From Myxococcota bacterium (GTDB taxonomy: Bacteria; Myxococcota_A; Polyangia; Polyangiales; Houyiibacteriaceae), in contig JBCCEA010000010.1 of the NCBI GenBank assembly GCA_039030515.1, positions 1 through 64,000 on the forward strand: a stretch of 64,000 nt of DNA, in the 5' to 3' direction. Below, one piece after another: positions 7,547 through 17,104 of the stretch. Within the stretch, counting starts at the first letter, position 1, and each line of letters opens with the position of its first letter. Made by a program: the position numbers and the translations under genes. The notes under the pieces are model-generated. The model saw only the letters and a list, made by a program, of their open reading frames with translations, had not been told where the DNA came from and did not search any database.

Positions 7547-10069
7547 ATGCGGGCGCTTTGGGCTTTGTGTTTCATCGCGATCCTCCCTGCGACCTCGGCT
7601 CTAGGGCAGGTTCGCCCGGGCCGAATCGGCGCTGTGCCCCGCCCGATGCTCGCTCCCGGTGCGCCCGCGGTCGATCTGAATCCCGCTGCCCTGGTGCAGC
7701 TTCAGGGCTGGGCCCTCGACTACGCGCACGTAGATGCGCACCGCAGCAAGCGCGTTCAAGAGCGGGGAGACGCGATCTGGTTCGGCACGCGGCTTCCCTT
7801 CGGGTTGGCCCTTGGTGCTGCAGCCCATCACGTGCGTCCGGACGTCGGCCAAGATGCGGGCAGCCTGGCGGTCTCGATCGCCTACGGCCGTGAGTCCCTT
7901 GCGAGTGGAGCGACGATTGCGGGTGGAGCGACGCTTCGCTTTGTGGGGTCCCCGGATGCCGCGCGCAGTCGCGTGACCCTGCTTGACGCGTCGGTGGCCT
8001 ACTACCCGGTTCCCTGGTTTGCGGCGGCCCTTATCGGGCGGGATCTCAACGGGGCCTTGGACGTGACCCGGCTCGAGGAGCGAATCCCGGGCTCTTTTGG
8101 TGCGGCGACTGCGGTGCGCCCCTTTGGAACGAGTAGGCTCACACTTGAGACCTACAGCGCAGTAGATACCGAGGGCCGCCTCGGGATGCAGACGACCGCG
8201 GAGCTGCAGTTGGGTCGCTTGTGGCGAGTGCAGGCGAGTTGGCAGGGTGCCCAGCTATTCGAGCAGGGAGACAGCCATCGTTTCATGATCGGAGCGCGGA
8301 TCGAGGGGGGGCATGTGGCGGCAGGCGGCGGCGCGGTCGTCGAGCGAAACGGGGGCACCGAACCGGGTTGGTACGCGATGGCCGGGCTGCGTTCGATCGC
8401 CCAGGCCTCCCCGCGCGCGCCCAAGGTGGCTTTGACCGTGGAGATCCCGAGTCTTGGGCCGCGCAGTCTGCTGCGAACCCTGAGATACCTCGAGCAGATC
8501 GAGGGTGATCCCCGCGTCGCGGCACTGATCCTCCGTTTTGCCGCCTCGGGATTAGGCTCCGCCTACGCACAGGAGCTGCGGTCCGCCGTGCGTCAGATCG
8601 TCCGGGCGGGCAAACCAGTGTATTGCTACCTCGATGCGGCTTCCGGCGCCGAATACTACGCGTGTGCGGCGGGTAGCGGAACCTATCTCGATCCGGCCGG
8701 CGGCATCCGGCTGGTCGGGCTTTCTTCTGCGCGCGTGCTGCTCGGTGAGGTCTTGCGTAGCGCGGGAGTTCGGGCGGATTTTGTGCGCATCGGGGCGTTC
8801 AAAAGTGCGCCCGAGCAGCTCACCCGGACCCGCAGCAGTGTGCCCGCGGTGCAGCAAAGGCGCGCGTACTTCGACGATACCTACGGACAGTGGCTGCGGG
8901 ATCTAAGCCAGGATCTGCAGCGTAGCGTGCCTGCTGCATCGGACCTTATCGATCGAGGTCCGTACGTCTCCCATGAAGCTTTGGCGTCGGGCCTCGTTTC
9001 CGATCTGCTCGACTGGTACGATCTCGATAGGGCTTTGGAGGCCGAGTTTGGAGAGGCGCTGCAGGTTCGCGCGCGCTTGCCGGCAAGGCCTCGCCATCGA
9101 TGGGCGTCAGGGCGCCGGATCGGGGTGGTGGTCGTCGATGGGAGCATCGTTGACGGGTTCAACCGAGACGTGCCGATCGTCGAGATCCACAGCAGCGGCG
9201 GACGCTCGGTGGTCGGTGCTCTGGAAGCGATGGCCGCAGATCCCAGTATCGGCGCCATCGTGCTTCGCGTCGATAGCTCCGGAGGCTCGGCGCTGGCGTC
9301 CGACCAGATCTGGAGGGCGGTGCGGCGCGCTCGAGCGCGAAAACCGGTGGTGGCGTCGATGGGCGCGGTGGCCGCTAGCGGGGGCTATTACGTAGCTTCG
9401 GCGGCTGACGAGATTTGGGCAAACCCGGCGACCCTCACCGGTTCGATCGGGGTGTTTTTTGGCAAGCTCGACGTGCGTGAGCTGCTGACCAAGCTTGAGG
9501 TGGGCGTAGAGCTCTTGGAGCGCGGCATGCGCGCCGGTCTTGAGTCGACCTATCGAGGCTTCACTTCGGATGAACGAACCTTGCTCGCCGAAAAGATTCG
9601 CATTTGGTATCGGCTTTTCCTGCACCGGATCGTCGAGGGCCGCGGAATGGAGATCGACGATGTGGATGCGATCGCCCGCGGCCGCATCTGGTCCGGCGAG
9701 GCCGCGCAGCGTTTGGGTTTGGTCGACCGCCTCGGGGGGTTCTCGCAAGCGATCGATCGCGCCCGAGTACTCGCACAGGTCTCGGTTGAGGCGCCGGTCG
9801 TCATCGCACCGAGGCGTCCCTTGGGGTGGACTGACTATCTGCGGGCCGAGCTGGCACCGGGCTCAAGGGCGCACGCCACGCTTGACTCGGAGACGTACGC
9901 CAGGTCGAATCGTCCGCGACCGCATCGTTCGATCCTGACGACTGCAACTGGACTCGGTGCCGCGCCCGGCAAAGCGTTGCGCCTAGCGCTTGAGGCGATG
10001 CTCACCATCGGCGGCACGCGAGCCGGCATCCCTCTTGCCTGGACAGACGCTGCAGCCGTGCTGCCCTAG
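7547..10069 (+). CDS. sppA: Signal peptide peptidase SppA (67K tandem S49 type) with an N-terminal signal peptide and predicted beta-barrel domain
   Basis: RIGAFKSAPE (catalytic Lys), RVDSSGGS, MGAVAASGGYY (catalytic Ser), TGSIGV, GRIWSGEAA..GLVDRLGG; about 285 extra N-terminal residues of amphipathic strands. Confidence 0.92.
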   Translation: MRALWALCFIAILPATSALGQVRPGRIGAVPRPMLAPGAPAVDLNPAALVQLQGWALDYAHVDAHRSKRVQERGDAIWFGTRLPFGLALGAAAHHVRPDVGQDAGSLAVSIAYGRESLASGATIAGGATLRFVGSPDAARSRVTLLDASVAYYPVPWFAAALIGRDLNGALDVTRLEERIPGSFGAATAVRPFGTSRLTLETYSAVDTEGRLGMQTTAELQLGRLWRVQASWQGAQLFEQGDSHRFMIGARIEGGHVAAGGGAVVERNGGTEPGWYAMAGLRSIAQASPRAPKVALTVEIPSLGPRSLLRTLRYLEQIEGDPRVAALILRFAASGLGSAYAQELRSAVRQIVRAGKPVYCYLDAASGAEYYACAAGSGTYLDPAGGIRLVGLSSARVLLGEVLRSAGVRADFVRIGAFKSAPEQLTRTRSSVPAVQQRRAYFDDTYGQWLRDLSQDLQRSVPAASDLIDRGPYVSHEALASGLVSDLLDWYDLDRALEAEFGEALQVRARLPARPRHRWASGRRIGVVVVDGSIVDGFNRDVPIVEIHSSGGRSVVGALEAMAADPSIGAIVLRVDSSGGSALASDQIWRAVRRARARKPVVASMGAVAASGGYYVASAADEIWANPATLTGSIGVFFGKLDVRELLTKLEVGVELLERGMRAGLESTYRGFTSDERTLLAEKIRIWYRLFLHRIVEGRGMEIDDVDAIARGRIWSGEAAQRLGLVDRLGGFSQAIDRARVLAQVSVEAPVVIAPRRPLGWTDYLRAELAPGSRAHATLDSETYARSNRPRPHRSILTTATGLGAAPGKALRLALEAMLTIGGTRAGIPLAWTDAAAVLP

Positions 10070-10151
10070 GACGCGCCCAGGTGCTGCCTGCGTTGCGCCA
10101 ATCTTCGATGGCCTGTCCTCCCGAGCCGATGCCGCCGAGAGCTTAGACCTA

Positions 10152-10682
10152 CTACTGCCCCAGCATGGGATTGACCTCTGTTCGCGCCACCTGCATGAGA
10201 AACGCGCCCTGACCGTCAAACATCCGAACGCGGGCGCGAAAGCTACCTGCCTCTGAGGGGCAAATGGGTTCCGCCGTGCCCAAAACCGGCTCGGCGTCGG
10301 TCCCGGTGTCTTGCACGATCGGTGCATCGAGCGGGTCAAAGAGCACCAGGTCTAGGTCTCGAACCCCGGCCGATCCTACTGCCAAGATTTTGTAACATCG
10401 GTAAGGTTCGAGGATCGCCTGAAAATCCTGCTGCCCGCCTCTGTCGAGTCGTCCCGTTCGCAGCGGTCCATGAGGCTCCATGTTTCGCGCGTACGTTCCG
10501 GCGAGTTCAAAAAGCGCTACCTGCAACGGCTGCTCCCGATCGGGCTCCGGGAATTTCAGTTCTTTAGGAACAGTCACCGGCTCCGCTTTTTCGGGTGCGT
10601 CTTGGGTTTCGAGTTCTTTGGTTTCGGTTTCCGGGCAGGCGGAGAGGCCAAGAAGCAATCCAAACCACAGAGGCTTAGGCAT
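10152..10682 (-). CDS. Hypothetical lipoprotein with a beta-sandwich (PPC-like) domain
   Basis: Lipobox LSAC after a hydrophobic leader; CYKILAVG..VRDLDLVLFD...ICP pattern. Confidence 0.7.
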   Translation of the reverse strand: MPKPLWFGLLLGLSACPETETKELETQDAPEKAEPVTVPKELKFPEPDREQPLQVALFELAGTYARNMEPHGPLRTGRLDRGGQQDFQAILEPYRCYKILAVGSAGVRDLDLVLFDPLDAPIVQDTGTDAEPVLGTAEPICPSEAGSFRARVRMFDGQGAFLMQVARTEVNPMLGQ

Positions 10683-10772
10683 GGGTTCGGTCGTATTACG
10701 AGTTGTGCCGGTCGGCCAGCGGGTTCACTCGAGAACACACATGAGTCACCGGACGTTGCGGCCTACAAGGGC

Positions 10773-12110
10773 CTAGCGGACCATAGGGTTGTGATAGACG
10801 ATCGGGATTTCAAAGCGGATCGACTCGCGTCCGGGCGCGAGCTGCTCGGGAGGCGGGCTCAAAGGCAGGCTTCGCTGGATGGCCAAGAGGGCGGCCTCGT
10901 CGAGGTCGGTGAATCCACTTGAACGGATCAGCCGGGGCTGGCCGGCGAGGCTGCCGTCTCGCCGCACGACGATTCGAAACACGCTGGTGCCCTGATCGAG
11001 TGAGATCGCCCGCCGCCTAGGGAACCGCAAATGACGTCGAATCCGGCTCCGCTGCTGCACAACCCAGCGCAGCACCTGGTCGTCGACCGCCCCGTCACGG
11101 CCAGAACCAGGCGCCCGTGGGTTGGCAAGCCCCCCAGCCGCGCGGCCTCCGCCGGTTCCTGGAGTGCCCTCCGTCTCGAGACCGCCCGGCCCTTCGCCCG
11201 CCACCTGGCCAGAGCGTTTCGTCGACTCGACCCAGTGCTGGGTGAGCTGTTCGGTGCGCAGTTCTGCGTCCACCGTATCCTGCGTGCGCCCGGCGCGCTC
11301 GGCGACCGTCGAGGCTGCGCCTTCATCGACGATCGGTCGGGCGGTGCGCCGCGGCGGCATCACGCTGCGTTGTGAGGATGCGTGGCCTTGCGCGCGAGAT
11401 GTGGCTCGCTGCGGGCGACTCGTGCCGATGCGGTGTGGTCGGTCGCTAGAGGCCTCGGCGCCTAGAGAACCCGGCATCGCATACCCGTGTTTGCGACCTT
11501 GAATGCCCTCTTCATTAAGTGTTTCGATAGGCTCATCGATAAATTCCTCGCTGGAAGGCACGGAGGCGGCTACGGGTTGCGGTCCCTTCTGACGCCCTCG
11601 CCGGCGATGCGCGCCGTCTTCGCTTGCCGCAAAGGTCTCGTCTTCCGGGTTGGGGGTGGCGCGGCGCGTGGTCTCTGCGCTAGCCCGCACGGCCGAAGTC
11701 CGGATGCGAGAGGTTTGCGCGCCGGATAGGGCGGTGAGCGGAGCGTCCTGCAGCGTGACCTGGTCTACGTGCGGCAAGAGATAGATCACCTCCGAGCTTC
11801 CGTGGAGCGAGCCCCCTCTGCCTTGGTTCACGGCGTCGATGTTTTCAAACGTATGCCTATCACCCTGCTGCGGCGGCCGGATCACCGGCTTGAGACGGTC
11901 GAGCGCACTGTCGTTAGGGCTCGGTGCGACAGGGTGACCGATCGCCTGCGAGTCCACCAAGACCTGCAAATCCACCGTCTCGTCTAAGGTGCGGAGCGGG
12001 CCTTGACCGTACCCAGTGCGGGCAAGCTCCACCAAAACGAATGCGGCGATGCCGTGGATCGTGAGCGACGCCACCGTCCCCGCAAGCGCGGCCCGCTCGG
12101 CTCGAACCAT
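10773..12110 (-). CDS. TonB/TolA-family energy transducer (TonB C-terminal domain)
   Basis: N-terminal TM with SLTIH (S-x3-H); long low-complexity linker; C-terminal FP...QGTSVFRIVVRRDGSL...SSGFTDLDEAALLAI..PLSPPP. Confidence 0.85.
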   Translation of the reverse strand: MVRAERAALAGTVASLTIHGIAAFVLVELARTGYGQGPLRTLDETVDLQVLVDSQAIGHPVAPSPNDSALDRLKPVIRPPQQGDRHTFENIDAVNQGRGGSLHGSSEVIYLLPHVDQVTLQDAPLTALSGAQTSRIRTSAVRASAETTRRATPNPEDETFAASEDGAHRRRGRQKGPQPVAASVPSSEEFIDEPIETLNEEGIQGRKHGYAMPGSLGAEASSDRPHRIGTSRPQRATSRAQGHASSQRSVMPPRRTARPIVDEGAASTVAERAGRTQDTVDAELRTEQLTQHWVESTKRSGQVAGEGPGGLETEGTPGTGGGRAAGGLANPRAPGSGRDGAVDDQVLRWVVQQRSRIRRHLRFPRRRAISLDQGTSVFRIVVRRDGSLAGQPRLIRSSGFTDLDEAALLAIQRSLPLSPPPEQLAPGRESIRFEIPIVYHNPMVR

Positions 12111-12294
12111 GCGACCAGTCTAACAGCAACGGCTTCGCAGCAGCGGTCTTTGAAGGTCTTCGGATTCCCGAGCGTTGAAGATTACGATTCACGACCCGTT
12201 TCTGCAGGCTCTTGAGCCTTCCGGCCGAGGTGATTGCAGTCGAGGGAGCAAGGGTGGAGGCGCCTTTGCGGTGTGTTGGCTGGGTAGAACCGCT

Positions 12295-13161
12295 CTACTT
12301 GGCAGGCTCTTTCCACCTGGCAGACTCGGGGACCTCGACCTGCGGACCGCGTAAGACGCGCGTCATCACTGCAGCGCCCACCAGGAAGAGAATGACCGAT
12401 GCGTAGTGCCCGGGGGTGAGGCCGAGATATCGCGCATCTCCCCCCTCTTCGACGCTGGCCCTGAGGAAGTCGAGGCCGAATCGAACCGGGGTGTAGAGCA
12501 GCGGTACCAGCCCGACATAAAATCCTCTCGGTCGCGGCTTTCGTGCCAGCCAGAGTAAGAGGACGATCGTGCCGAGCGACCAAAGCACTTCGTAGAAACC
12601 GAGGTCGTGACGCGGTTGAAAGGGCGGCATCCCGTACTCGTAGTTTTCGACAGCAAGAATGAAGTCCGTGACCACCCCGGGGTGGTCGTGCACGACGAAA
12701 CAGCCCAGGCGTCCAAAGAGCCATCCGAACGGTAGCGCCCAGACAATCGCGTCGGCAAAGGGTAGGGCGGGCAGTCCCCGGCGCCATTTCCAAACGAACA
12801 GACCGAGGATGGCTCCGAAGAATCCCCCGAAAGAAGACAGGCCGAAGTAGCGACAGCCGGACCGGCCTCCGTCAAAGAGTTCGGCGATGTACTCCGGATG
12901 GTAAAATACAGCGTTCAGCAGGTAGCCAGAGAGGAATCCAAGGATGACGACGTGCGTCACAAGGTCGGCGATCAGTGCCGGATGCATCCCGTTACGCTTT
13001 GCAAATTCCTCCGCCAGCCTCGAACCGACCATCACCCCGATCGCCACCAAAATTCCGAACGGCTGAATCGGTAAGGTTTCGCCCAAGCCGGGGAGCTCAA
13101 AGGGCAGAGGTATCTCGATAGCCTCGGCGCGAAACCAAGGAATGAACAGCAAAGAACCCAC
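12295..13161 (-). CDS. lgt: Prolipoprotein diacylglyceryl transferase
   Basis: PFGILVAIG, GLSSFGGFFG, FGRLGCF, HDLGFYE and RFGLDFLR motifs; polytopic. Confidence 0.92.
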   Translation of the reverse strand: MGSLLFIPWFRAEAIEIPLPFELPGLGETLPIQPFGILVAIGVMVGSRLAEEFAKRNGMHPALIADLVTHVVILGFLSGYLLNAVFYHPEYIAELFDGGRSGCRYFGLSSFGGFFGAILGLFVWKWRRGLPALPFADAIVWALPFGWLFGRLGCFVVHDHPGVVTDFILAVENYEYGMPPFQPRHDLGFYEVLWSLGTIVLLLWLARKPRPRGFYVGLVPLLYTPVRFGLDFLRASVEEGGDARYLGLTPGHYASVILFLVGAAVMTRVLRGPQVEVPESARWKEPAK

Positions 13162-13267
13162 GGTTGGAGCTTAGCAGGAACCCATGCGCGAGCTCGTCCG
13201 AGGTTCGGATGCGGCGATCGCGAATCCGCTCTTTGACTTCCGCGCTGCGCGTGGGTAGATGGCCTTT

Positions 13268-14542
13268 ATGTCGGAGATCACAAGCCTGGTAGCTCGGGAG
13301 ATTCTGGATTCCCGAGGAAACCCGACGATCGAAGTAGAGGCCGTACTGAGCAGCGGCGCATCGGGTAGGGCCGCCGTGCCTTCAGGAGCTTCCACGGGGC
13401 AGCACGAAGCGCTCGAACTGCGCGACGGAGACGCGTCACGTTATCTCGGCAAGGGAGTGACCACCGCTGTGTCCAACGTCCACGAGAAGCTCGCCCCGGC
13501 CGTGCTCGGGCTCGACGCACTCGACCAGGCTGAGGTGGACCGCGTACTCTGCGAGGCAGACGGCACTCCCGCGAAGGAGCAGCTCGGCGCCAATGCGATT
13601 CTCGGTGTGTCCATGGCGGCTGCGCGCGCCGCAGCGTTGGAGCTTGGACAGCCTCTCTACCGCTATCTGGGGGGCGTCAAGGCTCGGGTGCTGCCGACCC
13701 CGCTCATGAACATTCTCAACGGCGGCGTCCACTCCGACAGCGGTCTCGACATTCAGGAATTTATGATCGTCCCCTTGGGGTTTGAATCGTTTCGCGATGC
13801 ACTTCGTGCTGGGGTCGAAACCTTCCACCACTTGAAGAAGATTCTCGAGCAGAAAGGGCATACGACGGCGGTAGGCGATGAAGGAGGCTTTGCTCCTCGA
13901 CTCGAAACGAATGAAGAAGCTCTCGAACTCATCTCAAAGGCGGTCGAGTCTGCGGGATACAAGCTTGGCGACGAGATCGCTCTGGCCCTTGACTGCGCAA
14001 GTACCGAATTTTTCGATCGAACGCGTCAGATCTACCGCATGGACCAAAAAGACTTGGGCGGCGAGCAGCTCGTGGAGCGTTACGTCGACTACTGCAAGAA
14101 CTTCCCCATCGTGAGCATCGAGGATGGTTGTGCGGAGGACGATTGGGAGAGCTGGAGGTTGCTGACAGATCGCCTGGGAGATGAAGTTCAGTTGGTCGGC
14201 GACGACCTATTTGTGACCCGGGTGGAGAGGATTCAGCGGGGCGTCGACGAGGGCATAGCCAACGCGGTTTTGATCAAGGCCAACCAGATCGGCACGGTGA
14301 CGGAAACGCTCGACGCAATTCGGATGGGATCCCTCAATGGATACTCGCTTGTGATATCGCACCGCAGTGGAGAGACAGAAGATCACTTCATCGCCGACTT
14401 GGCGGTGGCTACCGGGGCGGGTCAGATCAAGACAGGATCTGCCTGTCGCTCGGATCGGGTTGCAAAGTACAATCAATTGCTGCGCATCGAAGAAGCCCTC
14501 GGCAGGAGCGCCGTCTATGCCAAGGGCGCTGCGTTTGCCTGA
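13268..14542 (+). CDS. eno: Enolase
   Basis: [60 protein letters not shown]. Confidence 0.99.
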   Translation: MSEITSLVAREILDSRGNPTIEVEAVLSSGASGRAAVPSGASTGQHEALELRDGDASRYLGKGVTTAVSNVHEKLAPAVLGLDALDQAEVDRVLCEADGTPAKEQLGANAILGVSMAAARAAALELGQPLYRYLGGVKARVLPTPLMNILNGGVHSDSGLDIQEFMIVPLGFESFRDALRAGVETFHHLKKILEQKGHTTAVGDEGGFAPRLETNEEALELISKAVESAGYKLGDEIALALDCASTEFFDRTRQIYRMDQKDLGGEQLVERYVDYCKNFPIVSIEDGCAEDDWESWRLLTDRLGDEVQLVGDDLFVTRVERIQRGVDEGIANAVLIKANQIGTVTETLDAIRMGSLNGYSLVISHRSGETEDHFIADLAVATGAGQIKTGSACRSDRVAKYNQLLRIEEALGRSAVYAKGAAFA

Positions 14543-14565
14543 CGGGTCTCGCGGGGTCGTCAGGC
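14537..14565 (+). terminator. Candidate hairpin at the eno 3' end
   Basis: gcctgacg...cgtcaggc 8-bp stem spanning the stop codon, followed by gtttgg; lies between convergent genes. Confidence 0.35.
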
Positions 14566-14664
14566 GTTTGGTCTAAGGATCTCTCACCTTCAGAGGGGGC
14601 GCTTCCGTGTACGTGAACCGAGACATTTCGTCCACGTGAAGCGCCGCCCGATTCCAATCGCCTT

Positions 14665-15492
14665 CTATCTGTCTCGGTCTTCTGGAACCGTAGATGCCTG
14701 TCGGGATCGAACCACATCACAAAGTGGTCCGGTCCCGTCCTGGGTTTTGAGAATGACGGCTCTACACGAGGTGTTTTGCAGTGCGTTCGTCACCGAACGA
14801 CCAAAAGCGGTATCGCTGCCGTAGACCACGACCAGCGGTAAGGATGGAATCGCCTCGGTAGGCTTGACGATCTCCGTTGCGGTGCAGGCCGGAGGATCGG
14901 TGGCGTCGATAACGACCACGGAGGGGTAATGTGGATGGGTTCCACCCAACTGTTCACGCGAAGAGACTCGAATCGGTCGCATACGATTCTTGCCGAGACT
15001 GCGAAAGGTCTCGTCCGCGAGCCGAGGAGATGCGCCGACGAAAACCACAGGCACCGGACGGGTCGTCAGAGGAATCATCGAAGTGTTTTCTTCCAGATCC
15101 TCAGAAGATGTGTGCTCGTCGCTCGGGCTAGGGCCGCCCGTTAGCGGACTCTCGGGAGGTGCGGTCTCGAGAGGTACCTGGGAGCCGAGTGGTGCAGGGG
15201 AGGAAGACCATCGAAAATAGCTCGGACGAGGCGCTGGGATGCTCGAACCCGCTTGAGCCAACCGCTCTTCGATCGTTTGAAGCACGTTGATACCCGTCTG
15301 GGGACCGAGTTGATCCTGCAGTAACTCGGCGAGAGGGCCTTGCACGACTTCGATGCATCTGAGTTTACCTGCCGCTGCCGCCGCTCGGATGGCGTCGAGC
15401 AGCATCCCTTTCGCCTGAGCCGCCGGCATTGCGCCTCTGAGTTCGTTGTAGACGATGCGAAAGTGGTCCTTATCCCGAACCGGTTCCCCCAC
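14665..15492 (-). CDS. Hypothetical protein with a possible C-terminal degenerate receiver (CheY-like) domain
   Basis: Fills the gap between flanking genes; helical N-terminus, Pro/Ser linker, then VPVVFVG / PSVVVID / LPLVVVYG / AVILK spacing as in a REC fold. Confidence 0.55.
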   Translation of the reverse strand: MGEPVRDKDHFRIVYNELRGAMPAAQAKGMLLDAIRAAAAAGKLRCIEVVQGPLAELLQDQLGPQTGINVLQTIEERLAQAGSSIPAPRPSYFRWSSSPAPLGSQVPLETAPPESPLTGGPSPSDEHTSSEDLEENTSMIPLTTRPVPVVFVGASPRLADETFRSLGKNRMRPIRVSSREQLGGTHPHYPSVVVIDATDPPACTATEIVKPTEAIPSLPLVVVYGSDTAFGRSVTNALQNTSCRAVILKTQDGTGPLCDVVRSRQASTVPEDRDR

Positions 15493-15604
15493 GACTCACT
15501 GCATAACGGAAAATCGTTCCAGGGTCACCCCCGAAGCGAAGGAGAGACGACGTATGGCTGGATACTTCGAGCGCCAAGTATCAGAGGAACGCCGGCATTC
15601 TCCT

Positions 15605-17020
15605 TTACTGAGACGTCCTGAACCACTGAGAGATGTCGAGAGAGCTATCATATTGCCCAAAGCGAAAAGACTCATCGACGAGGAGCCGCCGAAGTGCAGC
15701 GATATTCGTATCGAGGGGGGTGAGTCGAAGCGCGGCAAAGATTCTATCCAGCGTGTGGAGCGCCTGGTGCCGTACCGGTCCATAGGTGGCCACGCGAAGT
15801 GCAAGCCTCATTTCGTCTGCTTCCCACCGATCGCCCACGAAGGTCTCGGGTTCGATTCGAACGCTACCTTGAGGCACAGGGGGCCAAAATACCTCTGAGA
15901 CCTGTGCAAGACTTGGGGTTCCCCCGTAGATCCAGGCCTGCGCGGAATGCCCGGACGGCTGGTTGGTTTCGATATCCTCGGTGATCTTGCCGCCCGAGGA
16001 GAGATGGAGCTGCCATTCGACAAGATCGATGCCGGCGACCAGTTCCGTGACCGAGTAAGACTCCGGAAGTCCGAGCTCCATTTGGTCGAAATAGGCCAGC
16101 CCGTCGATGTCGATTAGAAAGCGTACCGAGGCGAGGCCGGTATCGCCGAGACCTCGGAGCACGCGGATGGCGCTGTCGTAGAGGGCTTCCCGTCGCGCGT
16201 GTCCCTCGCTATCTACGGTCAAGGCGGGTGATGGTGACTCGGATAGCACTAGCCGATGCCCCCAGTGCAGGCTGTGCTCGCGCTCGACGAGCGGTGCGAC
16301 GTTTCCGGTGAAGTCCATCAAGCAGGTGAGCTCCAAAATGCGTGGCCTCTCAAGGGCTTGCTCCGCGATGAACTCAAGCGGTACTTCTCGATCTCGTGCT
16401 ATCTCTGCGATCTCCTGGAATGCGGTTTGGGCGTCCTCGGTCGCAAGCGAAACGGGGCCGGTCGCGAGTGGAGTTCGCAACCGACACGGGCCCTTCAGAG
16501 CATCGAACGCCGCGGAGGCTTGTTCCGGAGTGCGTACGAGACTGGGGAACGTGGGGACGGTCCTCACTTGAGCCGCCCATGCGAGCTCACGGCTTCTTAG
16601 GCAGTCTGTGGACACGTTTAGGGCGTCTACCCCTCCTCCTAAAAAGGGTAGGCCTCGGCTGATGCACTCCTTGGCAAGCTCGGCTTGGCCTGCATGTGCG
16701 TATCCGGGGTGCAGCGCAGCGGCCTCGTGAGCCACGGCAGCCATGGCGATCGTCTCGGGTTCGAGTTCCGCCACCTCGATCAGCTGGTCACATGCGCTGT
16801 GGTGCAGGTCGTTACAGTACCGCGGTGCATCGAGTCCAAGGACCTTCATGCCCATTCTCTGACAGGTACGGGCGATCCGAACGGCGCATTCCCCGACGTC
16901 TGCGATCAGAACGGACTGGGGAAGCTCGATCGCACTGTTGTCCGGCGGAGGTGCCTCATTGCGACGACGTCTGGGGCGGTACCTTCTTGACCTGCGTCTC
17001 CTAGCGTTGGCTTCGGGCAT
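15605..17020 (-). CDS. Degenerate biotin carboxylase-like (ATP-grasp) protein, probable pseudoenzyme
   Basis: Collinear with AccC over its whole length (VLIADVGECAVRIARTC, LHPGY, EQALERPR, ESPSP, VTELVAGIDLVEWQL, DTNI, FRFGQY), but catalytic residues are replaced. ATG 17020 chosen to avoid overlap with ybeY. Confidence 0.8.
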   Translation of the reverse strand: MPEANARRRRSRRYRPRRRRNEAPPPDNSAIELPQSVLIADVGECAVRIARTCQRMGMKVLGLDAPRYCNDLHHSACDQLIEVAELEPETIAMAAVAHEAAALHPGYAHAGQAELAKECISRGLPFLGGGVDALNVSTDCLRSRELAWAAQVRTVPTFPSLVRTPEQASAAFDALKGPCRLRTPLATGPVSLATEDAQTAFQEIAEIARDREVPLEFIAEQALERPRILELTCLMDFTGNVAPLVEREHSLHWGHRLVLSESPSPALTVDSEGHARREALYDSAIRVLRGLGDTGLASVRFLIDIDGLAYFDQMELGLPESYSVTELVAGIDLVEWQLHLSSGGKITEDIETNQPSGHSAQAWIYGGTPSLAQVSEVFWPPVPQGSVRIEPETFVGDRWEADEMRLALRVATYGPVRHQALHTLDRIFAALRLTPLDTNIAALRRLLVDESFRFGQYDSSLDISQWFRTSQ

Positions 17021-17104
17021 AGCCCTTGGATATACCCCGGTACGGCGTTCGGCGCACTGGATGGCAAAACTTGACGATGGCTCGCGAACTTCCATGCTCG
17101 TTTC

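Noticed and set aside
6071..7604. Long plus-strand ORFs (301 and 310 aa)
   Set aside because: Antisense shadows of mutL, expected in GC-rich DNA, with no recognisable motifs.
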